Assembly: GCA_030704615.1 (NCBI GenBank)
Contig: CM060733.1
Coordinates: forward strand, 67,952,001 to 68,016,000
DNA: 64,000 nt
DNA from: Takakia lepidozioides
Taxonomy: Eukaryota > Plantae > Bryophyta
Direction of reading: 5' to 3'
Below the pieces are notes generated by a model. That model worked only from the letters and a program-made list of their open reading frames with translations, had not been told where the DNA came from and did no database searches. The stretch's first letter is position 1; every line of letters starts with the position of its first letter. Made by a program: the position numbers and the translations under genes. Shown piece after piece: positions 1-11,203 of this stretch.

Positions 1-2085
1 GCATTTCAATTCAGTGGCGATGACAAGAAAAAATAAAGTTAGGGTTGTTCCCCCCTCTACCCTTTGTTGTTGCTGGAAATGCGGCGCCGCATTTCCATCT
101 AGCGGGGATGACAAGAGAAAAAAAAGGAAAAAAAACAGAAACTGAGAATTTTTTTTTTTCTTGTTTTCACCCCCTTTGGATGGAAATGCGGCACCGCATT
201 TCAATCCAGCGGCGATGACTAGAGGAAAAACAATCAGGGGTTATTTCCCCCCTCCCCCCCCTCTGGTTGAAAATGGGGCGCCGCAATTCCCATCCAGCGG
301 GGATGACTAGAGGGGAAAAAAAGAAAACACCATCAAACGACTTTCAAAGAACACGGGTGGATGGCAGTCGAGACGGAAATGCGGCACCGCATTTCCGTCC
401 CGACTCGCATCCCCCTTTGCACGATGATCATCATTTGGGGAAAAGAGGTGGGCGGGATGAACCTGGCGACGGAAATGCGCTGCCGCATTTTTGTCCGGAC
501 TAACACCTACCGATCACTTTATACCTAGTGGGACGGAAATGCGGCACCGCATTTCCATCCGGGTTCCCACTAGACCATGCCTTCCTACCATTGTGGATGG
601 AAATGTGGTGCCGCATTTCCGTCCTAACTGACACCTAAGCATCCTTGATACATGGTGGGATGATAATCCGGTGCCGCATTTCCGTCCGGGCTCCCATTCC
701 ACCATGCATTTTTAACAATCTGGACGGAAATGCGTTGCCGCATTTTCGTCCGGACTGACACCTAAGCATCCCTTAACACCTGGTGGGACGGAAATGCGGC
801 GCCGCATTTCCGTCTGGGGTCCCACTGGACCATGCCTTTCTACCATTGTGGATGGAAATGCGGCAGCGCATTTCCGTCCCGACTCGCATCCCCCTTTGCA
901 CGATGATCATCATTTGGGGAAAAGAGGTGGGCGGGATGAACCTGGCGACGGAAATGCGCTGCCGCATTTTTGTCCGGACTAACACCTACCGATCACTTTA
1001 TACCTAGTGGGACGGAAATGCGGCACCGCATTTCCATCCGGGTTCCCACTAGACCATGCCTTCCTACCATTGTGGATGGAAATGTGGTGCCGCATTTCCA
1101 TCCTAACTGACACCTAAGCATCCTTGATACATGGTGGGATGATAATCCGGTGCCGCATTTCCATCCGGGCTCCCATTCCACCATGCATTTTTAACAATCT
1201 GGACGGAAATGCGTTGCCGCATTTTCGTCCGGACTGACACCTAAGCATCCCTTAACACCTGGTGGGACGGAAATGCGGCGCCGCATTTCCGTCTGGGGTC
1301 CCACTGGACCATGCCTTTCTACCATTGTGGATGGAAATGCGGTGCCGCATTTCCGTCCTAACTGACACCTAAGTATCCTTGATACATGGAGAGATGATAA
1401 TCCGGTGCCGCATTTCCGTCCAGGCTCCCATTCCACCATGCATTTTTAACAGTCTGATCGGAAATGCGGTGCCGCATTTCCGTCTGGGCTCCAACTGTAC
1501 GATCCCTAAACAGGTGGTCGGATGGAAATGCAGTGCCGCATTCCTGTCCAGACATTGCTTTCCCGAGAGTCTGGACGGAAACGCGCCACCGTATATCCGT
1601 CCGGACTGATAGTGGACCATCCCTTCATTTCTAGTGGGACGGAAATGCGTTGCCGCGTTTCCGTCCAGAAGACCACTTCAGTTTGCGTACTTGGCAGTTG
1701 AAGGGAAATGCGGCGCCGCATTTCCGTCCGGACTGTCATTGTACCTTTTCTTAATGACAGCTTCGACGGAATTGCGGTGCCGCATTCCAGGCCCGCTACC
1801 ACTTACTCTGGCAGACAGGACATCGAAACGGAAGTGCGGCACCGCATTCCCGTCGAACTTGCCAAACAACCTTTTCTTCATGAGAATGGGGACGGAAATG
1901 CGGTGCCGTATTTCCGTCCCAGCTGCCCTCCACGCTTGCCTTCAGTAAAGAGGGTTCACGAAGGGGCGGAAATGCGGTACCGCATTTACCACTGACTGCC
2001 ATCCTCCCTGGCATCTTTATCCTCTTTCGTGATGCGGTAGGGAGGTATCCTGATCGAACGGCCACTAATGTCGCACCGCATTTGG
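1..2085. repeat. Array of about 29 palindromic units (consensus GGACGGAAATGCGGYRCCGCATTTCCGTCC), mostly 63-64 bp period, with a 479-bp higher-order duplication; probably a transposon subterminal array
   Basis: Units seen at about 75, 182, 376, 471, 535, 599, 662, 726, 790, 854 ... 1894, 1968. Segment ~372-850 recurs at ~851-1330 (e.g. 402 vs 881, 781 vs 1260). Runs off the left edge of the window. Confidence 0.9.
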
Positions 2086-3157
2086 TCTGTTGACTCATAG
2101 AGGCTGAAATGGCAGTTGAAGGGGTTATTGCCAACACGTATTTGGAGGCGGTAATGCCGGACCGTTGCATCATCACTGACTGTCCAACAGACACTAGACC
2201 TCTATGTCTTCGAATTCAATTTTCCAGTGACGCAGGGGCCACCTGCCTCACGAGGAGACACGTAGGCCCCGACCTTTCGAATCCATACGGTGCATCTCCG
2301 CCGTTTGTTGTCATCTTTCGCTGGTGACTCTTTCACTGCTCTAACACCCCTTCCAACACCATTCTTTGCCTCGTTTCTTCTCTTTAGTTTCTCTTATGTT
2401 GCACAGCCTCATAGTGAGGTGGTGGAGGGATCGCAAGGCTCTGAAGACCCGCAGGACAAAAAGGAGGAAGCTACTGCAGCCCGCACACACCCTTGACCTT
2501 CTAGCACGGGTCCTCCTGTCGGGCCTAACCTTGTGCGCTTCAAGGACGTGCTTTGGAAAGGTAAAGGTTTCAAGTCGAAAGCAGCAGAGAAAGAGGCAAT
2601 TTGACGATGAAGATGATGGAGAGTCGCCAACATGGGTCGTCCCCTTCTCCAGAAAATTAAAGAGCAGGAAGCATCAGGCGGTCGTTGAGGAATATACTAC
2701 CCCATCGGATCAGCCCCTTCCCCTACGAAGAGCAAGAAGTAGACGGGGGCGGTGGAGAATCGGACAAGAACGAAGGAGTCCCCTTCCCTTGCAAAGAGTA
2801 AGAAGCAGAAAGGGGCGAAAGCAAGGGCAGAGCAGTCCCCAGCAAAACCCCTCCACGAGTTGAAGCTCAATTCTTGCAGGAGTTTCAGAAAGAAACCGGG
2901 GGCAACTCTGCAGAAGCTCAAGCAGCTGCTCCGACGAAGATCTCTAGCACTCCTATCCTGGTCGATCTTTCAGCGGATGAAGGTGTTGTTTCTTAACATG
3001 GGGAGCTCGACTTCTCCTACCTGGAATAGGACTTTTGTGACAATAGGGGAGGTATGGACGACTACATTCTCCCACATGATCTGCCCGGCTACATCCCAAG
3101 AATACAAGCACAGCTCTGGGTGGTCCATCTGAACAGCCCCTTCCCCAACCCCCAAAA

Positions 3158-4040
3158 ATGTTGCAGGAGGATTTTCAGAGTGTAAAGAATCAAATGTTGG
3201 AGGAGACTCACAGAAGCATTGGCAGAGTTCTTAGGACCAAGGTCTTCCCTTGCACATTGCGAATTCCGCTCTGTCGAATGGTCTCCCTCCTGATAGTGAG
3301 GCTTGCTCTCGCAAGGGATGTGGATAAGATGAAGTTCGCATTCCAAGAAGGCTATTGGCTGGGGTCTGCCACCTTCTATGTTTCCATTGAGAATGAGGAA
3401 GGTGGATCGCATGCCCGACAGCAGAAGAGTTAGCAGCCTAGGGTCCCCACTGCCACACTCGCAACACGGGATTCAAAAAAATGCTGAAGGATGATGCGGT
3501 GTTCGGTGGCCAGCCAAAATCCCCTCTAACCCCTCTTACTATGAAAGATGTGAAAATTGGCTCAGCAAAGAAGACATTCTTCAACCTCCCGAGGGGGCAC
3601 CCGTGCGAGCTAGTGGAAATGAAGGGCAGGCCGAAGTTGGAGCCAAAAACAGTGATTCAGTGTGCGAATGAGAGTTTTTTGAGGGCATTGGATGGCCAGC
3701 TGGCCACCAAGTTAGCACACATCAAGCAAATGGAAGGCCTGAAAGCCAAAGCTCTAAGGAAGGCGACTGCAGAAGAGCCTGTGGACACTCCAGGATTTGT
3801 AGCCATGATGGATTTCTTTGCAATGACAAGTGAAGGGAAGAATTGCATGAGGCGTGGAAAACGGACCGACTGGTCATGTGATTTGATCATCTTTGGATAT
3901 TCCAGATGGAGAGCCTCTGGAAGGACTGGATATTGTGCCCTCTTGGAGCAAGTATTTCTGAGGACTTTTGGAAGAAAGGGTTTGGGCTAGCCCGCATGGT
4001 ATTGGATGACAAAGGTTGTGTGGTGGTCCTTACCAGCAAA
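3158..4040 (+). pseudogene. Degenerate TE-associated ORF: ParB/Srx-like N-terminal segment followed by an amino-(N6A/N4C)-methyltransferase-like segment
   Basis: 3158 ORF has IPLCRMV..VR...DV.KM..AF.EGY..G...FYVS. Across two frameshifts near 3894 and 3953 the DNA reads SCDLII(F)DIPDG...PSWSK..SEDFWKKGFGLARMVLDDKGCVVVL, resembling the DLI..DPPY ... RVL..GG region of beta-class MTases. Stops and frameshifts present. Recognised by eye only. Confidence 0.35.
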
Positions 4041-4620
4041 GGCAAAAACACAGGGGCAGTAAGTACAAGCAAAGAAGTTTGCTACTGTCAACTGAAAGAC
4101 TAGCAAGTTCCTCATCTGTCAGGTTTGCTGGGCTTTGACGTAAGATGATGACTCCCACCACTTCTCTCAAATGAGGAGCCTTTGTGTGTTTACTATTGTT
4201 GGCCGAGTGTACCATTCACCCGGATTTATAACCCGGATATCAATTCGGGTATGAACATATTGATACCCAGAGCCAGCCAAAATCAATACCCGAGGTCAAT
4301 AGATATCCTACAGGAAAATGCTTCAAATACCCAACATGGATTGACATCAGGCATATATATGAACATTTCAAATATTGGCTTGTACCATCATACTCTTGTA
4401 CCAAGCACTCGGTTCGAGTGAGAGCCTTCAAGGTTAATCTTGTCAAAAACTTCTATGCACTTTTGAATACTATACAGCTCGTGGGAAGTTAGAGGTGTTT
4501 CCACAAGATTGTTGCCCAAAGAATTAAGAATGTTCCCTTGCTGGCGACTCATGGGGTTTGTTTGCTACATTATGACAAATCAATCATTTCATCACATGGT
4601 GGGGGTTTACTTACTAAAGG

Positions 4621-7600
4621 TTATAGAAACCCCAGGAGACCAAAAGTCGAGGCGAACAGTGCCAGCAAGATGACACCAAGAGCCGTTGGATCAGTATGCC
4701 ATGCACTGGCAGTCGGAATCATTTCAGGGAGTGCACACTTCTCTCCATTGAACCAAACATTGGTGGGAAATCCGTCTCCATGAGGGATGTTGATGCCAGG
4801 GGTTGTCTGCTTGGTGAAAGAGAACACCGATTGTAATTTTCCCGCACTGAAGTTCTGTTCAGCTTCCAAATAGTTGAGACCTGGCAAACCCTGTACAAGC
4901 TCAGTGCTATTAAGTGAGGGGACAACTGTTGAATTAAATGAGTAGGCTTGCTGGAGCCCCGACAACGCCTTGTCAAGCTCGACTGCTGCAAACCAGTCTG
5001 GGAATGTTTCATTTGACCAGTCAAACAGGGTCATACGGGCACTCCAGCCCTTCGTGTAGTCTGAGACAATATGCCAATTGATGCTGACACCACAGTAGTC
5101 CTGGCATGGCAAGGGACCCGGCACTGTCTGATGACGAAGACTGGCCCAAGCTACAAGTTGTGAGGTTCGGTTCTCGGGGGCAAGAGTAAGGGCTTTGTAG
5201 GGCATTAAAAGAGCTGGGCTAGTTGCATCACAAGTGGGTTGTGGGTTCTTTGGGCACCCACAGGCACATGTCTTACAGGGTGCAATGGACTCATTGTAGT
5301 ACGTCGAGAAGGTTACACAGCACTTCGGAGTGGCAGCCACTGTCGTAGAGACATTGCATGTTATCTGTCAACGAAAGCCCCGACAATAACTTGATCAGGA
5401 AATTTGTGAGCCTGACTACCAGAGGTGACACGGGTCAACAGTGCAACATTGCACACAAATCACTTCATGCACAATGCCACGCTGGACTGGAAAAAACTTT
5501 ACATACCAGAGTTAAGAGTAAAAAATTCCATTTCAATCCAGCCTGAAGGCTCTGCCTGCTTTGGCTGACACCTTTAAGTACTTTCCATTATGCTATGAGA
5601 CTCCAACATCAACAGAAACTTGACAAAGAAATGAAGGACATACTTCAAAATCAGCGAGAAAAAACTACCTGCCAAGTCTGAACAGCAGAAGTTGTGTGCT
5701 CAATACCATACGAGTCGGGAAACGAGGAGGGGGATACAAGCCGTGGCTGACCACAGACATAGCCAGTACCAATTTTCCAGTTTGCTGGGGGAACCAAGTG
5801 GGTTCTATCCGTGTAGGGGTCAACTTTATACACGTTCATCTTGAAAACAGATTTCGCCTTGCTTGGGTCTATAATGGCAGGCAAGAGAGTCCCATTGCGA
5901 CAACAGTAAGGGACTTGTCCTAGTGTGCTGTCATTGTATAAGTTGGGTGGGAGATCAACAATTTGAGGGGTGACATCGCAGGACGCAGCTTGGTTGAGGT
6001 CTGGATCAGATGTATATTGTTGCCCAGCAGCCCCACTCAAACACAGGTTCTGATCAGCAGTAACAGTTTGAGCTCCTTGTATCTTATATATGAACTCCCC
6101 TTCTTGCCAATCAAAAGTCAGATTCCAGTGGTCCAGGCGTCCAATGGGCATGTCATTTGAAAGAGTAACCTGCAGATGTAGATAACAAATTTGTCAGTTC
6201 CAATAGTAACACAAACATCCGTAATATGGAGCCTGGATGGAAGAGCTGAAAAGGACAATTTGGGGGCAAGGGAGCACCAGAGAGAGACAAAGAAACTATA
6301 AAACGTCCACAGGGGGTACGCCCCTGGGAGGGAGCAAGAACACCATCACCACAGCCACAACTCCTATCAAACAAGCAACCAAGAAGATCTGAAACGCATT
6401 GGGGTGACAATCCTTTACAGAAGTTTCCAGAGTGGCCTGCAGCTTGGATCTTGCCAACTCAAGAGCAGGCAGCAACATTGGGCTCATCTTGTTACGGAAT
6501 GATTGAGCATGTGACCAAAAACTGAGCTCCTACATGCCGTCTGAGGACAAAGAAGAAAAGCCACATGAAACCACAACAATAGAGAGAGAAAGACTTCAGG
6601 AACACAAACCTGTGCCCAGTAGTTGCCAGTATAAGCCTGTGTCACATCATACGAAATAGTGATATTTCCTTTCTCCATAGGCAAGTAGCTATTTAAGTCA
6701 ACCGTCAAAGTTGACTTCACCTCAGCACAGCATACTTTTATTGTAACATCTGCTCCAGACCACACACATGCCACCTCCAGAAGTCAAATCTGACCTTAAA
6801 AAGAAAGCAAATTGTCTCTACTATGGTTGAAATCAACAGACTCCTACCAAAGAACAGATTTAAGGACGGGTTCAAAATTTATTTGACAACCCACCAGAAT
6901 TGACAGGATATCAAATCTGAGTTGTGTTCCAGCGTGAGCAGCACCCCACTTCCCAGGCTTTCAGTTTTAAGGGTTCAACTTAAATCAGGTACTCCACAAC
7001 CTGCGGAAGGAGTCAAAGGACGACACTTTGCATCCTCCATCCAAGGAGCAACCAGTTGTGCCAACCCCCATTGTTCCGAGGTAGCATGTGGCTGTGGGCA
7101 ACATGGACAGATAAACCTTGTGACTCTCCTATACCAATTAATACTTGAATAACACCAACATACAGCCATACTCCATGTTGAGGTGGAATAAATGCATTAA
7201 TTTTTTAATCATTCAAGACTATGCTTTACTTGGAATCTTAATATGCAAAGGGAAAACACCTAGGCCTCCTTGTAAGAATCTCTACAAGGCTCAACCTGGT
7301 CATACAGCAATACTAGGTCATACAGTGCCCTGGACTTAGAAATGGACAGTCTTATGAAACTTACTGGCAGAGGATAAAGTGCTGCAATTATAGCCTGAAT
7401 TCGTAATGTTAATGGTCTTTGGCAACGGATTCTTGGCCACCCCAAACTCAGTGCCGGTCAGGTTTAAGATCTTTTGGATCTGTGAAAGATCCTCAGCCGT
7501 CTCAATCGGATTCTTCAAAATGGACGCTGGAAATGCTTCTAAGATTGTCCCGTTTCCCACCTGTGCAGGCAACGACCTTCCGTCTACCAAAGCGGCACCT

Positions 7601-7980
7601 GGTGCTGACACCAATATCTATCCATATTTCATACACAAGTTCCACATTTAAGATATTAATATATTTGTCAAGCTCTCACTTGACAAGAGAGCAAGCGTAC
7701 CACCACAAGAGACCTCAATCGAACAGAAAAATCCCAATTTTCAACGAGCAGACAGACCAGATTTGAAGAGAGGATATACAACTCTGACCCCATTATCCCG
7801 CGGAAAGACAACGATTATGCAAGAAGACTGGCAGCTCATTTTCAGTTGTCCTGGGTGCTCTAGTGAATGTGGGTTGGGCACCCGCAGCCATTTCTCGACA
7901 AAAGAAACATTGTAGCTCTATACCACACACCTACTGTCACTTGCTCAAGTCGTCGAAAACGACTAGCATCATTCAACTAC

Positions 7981-8012
<32 letters not shown>

Positions 8013-8405
8013 GGCTCGAAGCTCTACCAATTCTTCCTCGTGAGCCTTTGCCTAACAAGCTTATCCCTTCAGTCATGAGGTTTATCTCAGAAACCCAAGA
8101 GACGGCGCAATAAACATGAGATGACAAAGTTATCAAACCTCATCATGCTGGAAACTAATGCCCATCTGCCAGTCCTTCAATTCATTGTATCCCTGGTTGG
8201 TCAGTGTCGCAGCCGCCTCAAACTTGTAAGGCTGCCGCGTCAGGTTATGGGGATGGATGGCAACGACTGATGAAACTTGATATTCCAACAATATCCCGAC
8301 GCAGCTATCTTCAGCATTTGTACTCGAAGGAGCAGGAGCCTGCCCAAGCACCCTCGAGAACGCCCCAAGTAACAACACTCCCCACACCCAAACTACTCCA
8401 CCCAT
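4621..8405 (-). CDS. COBL: COBRA-like GPI-anchored protein (long COBL7-11 type), 5 exons: 8405-8139, 7617-7365, 6749-6610, 6169-5669, 5364-4621; 1905 nt, 634 aa
   Basis: N-terminal signal peptide; RLDHWNLTFDW..EFIY..GA; CCRNGTLLP; KCCVTFS.YYN.SI.PC.TCACGC; CQDYCGVSINWH..SDY.KGWSARMTLF.W; GDGFP..VWFNGE.C..P; hydrophobic GPI tail. All four introns are GT-AG and the exon phases join in frame. Confidence 0.95.
7981..8009. repeat. (CA)n microsatellite in COBL intron 1
   Basis: About 14 CA units read directly. Confidence 0.95.
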
Positions 8406-10033
8406 TCTCGCATACACTTCCTCGAGCTAGTTCCGACCACAAGAAATGTGGGTGCCAGTCTCAACCGTCCCGTCTCGCAGCCTGCCTTTTCAGGAATCTT
8501 GAGAGAGCCCGATCAACCTCCTGAACAACAGACGGCCCCAAACAAATCTGTCGAGAGTTCAGCCCGCTTCAGCACAAGACAGATTATCTGCGTTCCAATA
8601 TTAAAAACACCAAGAAGACGCAGACGACATTCCGAGACCAGAGTGACAATCCCACCCCCCACCACCACCACCACCACCCCCACCCAGCTAGAGCAGCGAC
8701 GAGGTCCACCGAGAACCAAGACGCTCACAACGCAGCCTGGCACAGCCGCGTTCCCACCCTTTCTAATACGGTGCCCCGTTCCAGGCCACAAGTTCTCTTG
8801 CCACCCGTTTTCCGCTGTAAAAGGGTGCGGCCCCCTGTAGAGTTGCAGCTGCACAGAAGGTGCTTGCCGTCGTGTTCGGATGGACGCCTCCGAATGGATG
8901 GATAGAAAGTTTGCACGCCAGCAGTTCATTCATCTTCTCGCAACCGCTCGGTGGAGGAGCACGGTGCTCCGCGCTCAACGGTCCGTTGTCTTTAAATAGT
9001 CGCGCGGTGAGCGGTTATAGGCTCTCTTTTTTTAAGGGAACACCTGGGAGCGACAGCTCACAAATCAGGCCCCTTGATAGTGTTCACAGTAACCGCGCCA
9101 TGAAGGCGTAGGAATGGGACACTACCCAGGAACCAGGGAGAAGAGTATACCACACCCCTCAGTTGCAAGATTTGACCCCAGAATCATCTGGACGGCACTG
9201 AGTGAACTTAACCCACTGAGCTACTGACTGTTGGTCCCGATTTAAAGCGACGAAATCTGAGAATTGTAAGGCAAGCATCTCCATGTGTCGCCAACATTTA
9301 TGGCATGATGATCCATTTGATGAGAAACTATCATATATTGCATGTCTTCATGGGTAATTTCTTGATTGTCTTCATTTGGAATTTATTTATTTATTTTTAG
9401 AGAACAGGGGTAGCAGCCCTGATTTTAATTTTATTCCTGAATTATTATGGGGAAAAAATTAAAACCCCGGTTGAACCATAAGGCACACACACCGTGATCA
9501 GTGTAATAAGAGCCATGTATCCGCCCGAGGGTGGATTTTAAATGTTGGGACAGATCTCGAGAGAGAAAACCACTTAAATGTGAGCAAACCTCTAAGAAGC
9601 TGGTGGTGCCTCATCAAACTGACCATTGACCGTGCTTAAATACACTAGAAAAATGAAGAACAATGATCTTCCCCGTTGACATTTCCCAAAGCAGAAAGGT
9701 CTACGAGTAGTTGAGCCTTGAGGCCTTGGATGACGTTTTGAGATGTTTCCAGTTGACATCTCGCTCAAACTCCGGTGAAAGTGTGGAGGGGGACTCGAAG
9801 GTCGCGCCATGCTGGTGGAGGAAGCTCGGTCCAGAAGCATTCATCTTGCATGGGGGAGTGGCAGATGATACCAAGGCGGCCCCATGTATTGCAGAATGTT
9901 GTGTGGATGTGATCTGCACTCCCGGAATTTCAGTCCATGTCTGCACAAGTTTTAGCCCAGGCTTTTCGAGCTTCAGTCTGGAGATCGTAAATGACACTCG
10001 AGAGGAGAGAAGATATCGTGGTGGTACTTCCAA

Positions 10034-10620
10034 CACTACAGCAAATGGGGGGGGGGGGGTTGCAACGCCAGCCGCGCCCCCACGCCCCGAGCGTGCGACG
10101 CCAACCCCGCGGCGCCTTTTTGCGACGTCGGGCCGTCGCAAACAGACCCCGCGGGTCGCCACCTAGCGCCGGGGCCAGGCGGCGACGCCCGGCCGTCGCA
10201 CAGGTGCATGATGGGCAAAAAGCAGCCCTTCCGTGCGACCCCAAGCGTCGCCCCCCAGCCGGCCATCGCAAATAGAAAAAAAAAACAGCCATTTCTTGCC
10301 TTTTCTTTCATCGCAGCCTTTTCTTGCGACGCCGGACCGTCGCATGGTGGCATGAAGGGCAAAAGGCCCCTGCGACGGTCGGGCGTCGCAAACAGGGGCT
10401 GCCCTTTGCTTTCAAAACAAAAAAAAACAGGTCGCAGCCTGCGACGGCGTTCCGTCGCTGCATAAATCCAAAAAAAATGCGTCGCATTCTGTGACGCGTT
10501 GGTGTCGCAGGCAGGGCTTTGTAGGTTTAGATTTAGGGCCTTTGGGGGTTCATAGTTTGTTTTTGTTTTTTTTTCTATATATATGGTACTGGGGTAGGGT
10601 GTTTGTTTTTCTTTATGGTG
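10034..10620. repeat. Left TIR and subterminal GCGACG/CGTCGC repeats of the CACTA element
   Basis: Repeated TGCGACG...CGTCGCA palindromic units; mirrored at 17028-17400. Confidence 0.8.
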
Positions 10621-11203
10621 TAGCTTGTTGTTGTGGACCTTCTTGTAGATTGTGACATTCATTTTGATAATTCTCTTGATACCACATCTATATGTGTTGC
10701 TCCAACATATTCATTGCCTCTGCCTTTTTTCTTGAAAGACTACCAACCACAGCCATATTTGATCAATCATAGAAATAAGCTACAATATGCATGTACATGT
10801 ACAATCAATCAAAGGGATGGGTACAGTTCGGTGCAAGAATTATTATGTAGCTTTGATTACGTGTCTAATCAACTTGAACATCATCATCCGGAGATTCTTC
10901 ATTCTCATCAAGCTGCAAGTCTTCTTGATCATCGGAGTCATCGTCATAAATGGCCCAGCCCTCAAAAGGCACCTCCGAATCATTCTTCACCTCGTTGTCA
11001 ATGGTCGTGTCTTCATCTCCTTGTCCAACATCCGTATCTTCTGGAGCTTCATCATATAGGGTCCGGGATGCATTCTCCGGGGCGTCATCATCCTATTCTA
11101 CCCCCTCTACCCAAGCTCCATCATCAGCATCATTATGACCAGTCTCTAGCTCCACCGCAATTGCCCCACCCCATGGAGATCCGAGACCATGATACATACG
11201 TAT

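Noticed and set aside
1-2085. CRISPR array
   Set aside because: Eukaryotic context, no cas genes, degenerate repeats, and block-duplicated related spacers.
8448-10030. Short overlapping ORFs upstream of COBL
   Set aside because: No recognisable domain; consistent with 5' UTR, promoter and decayed sequence.
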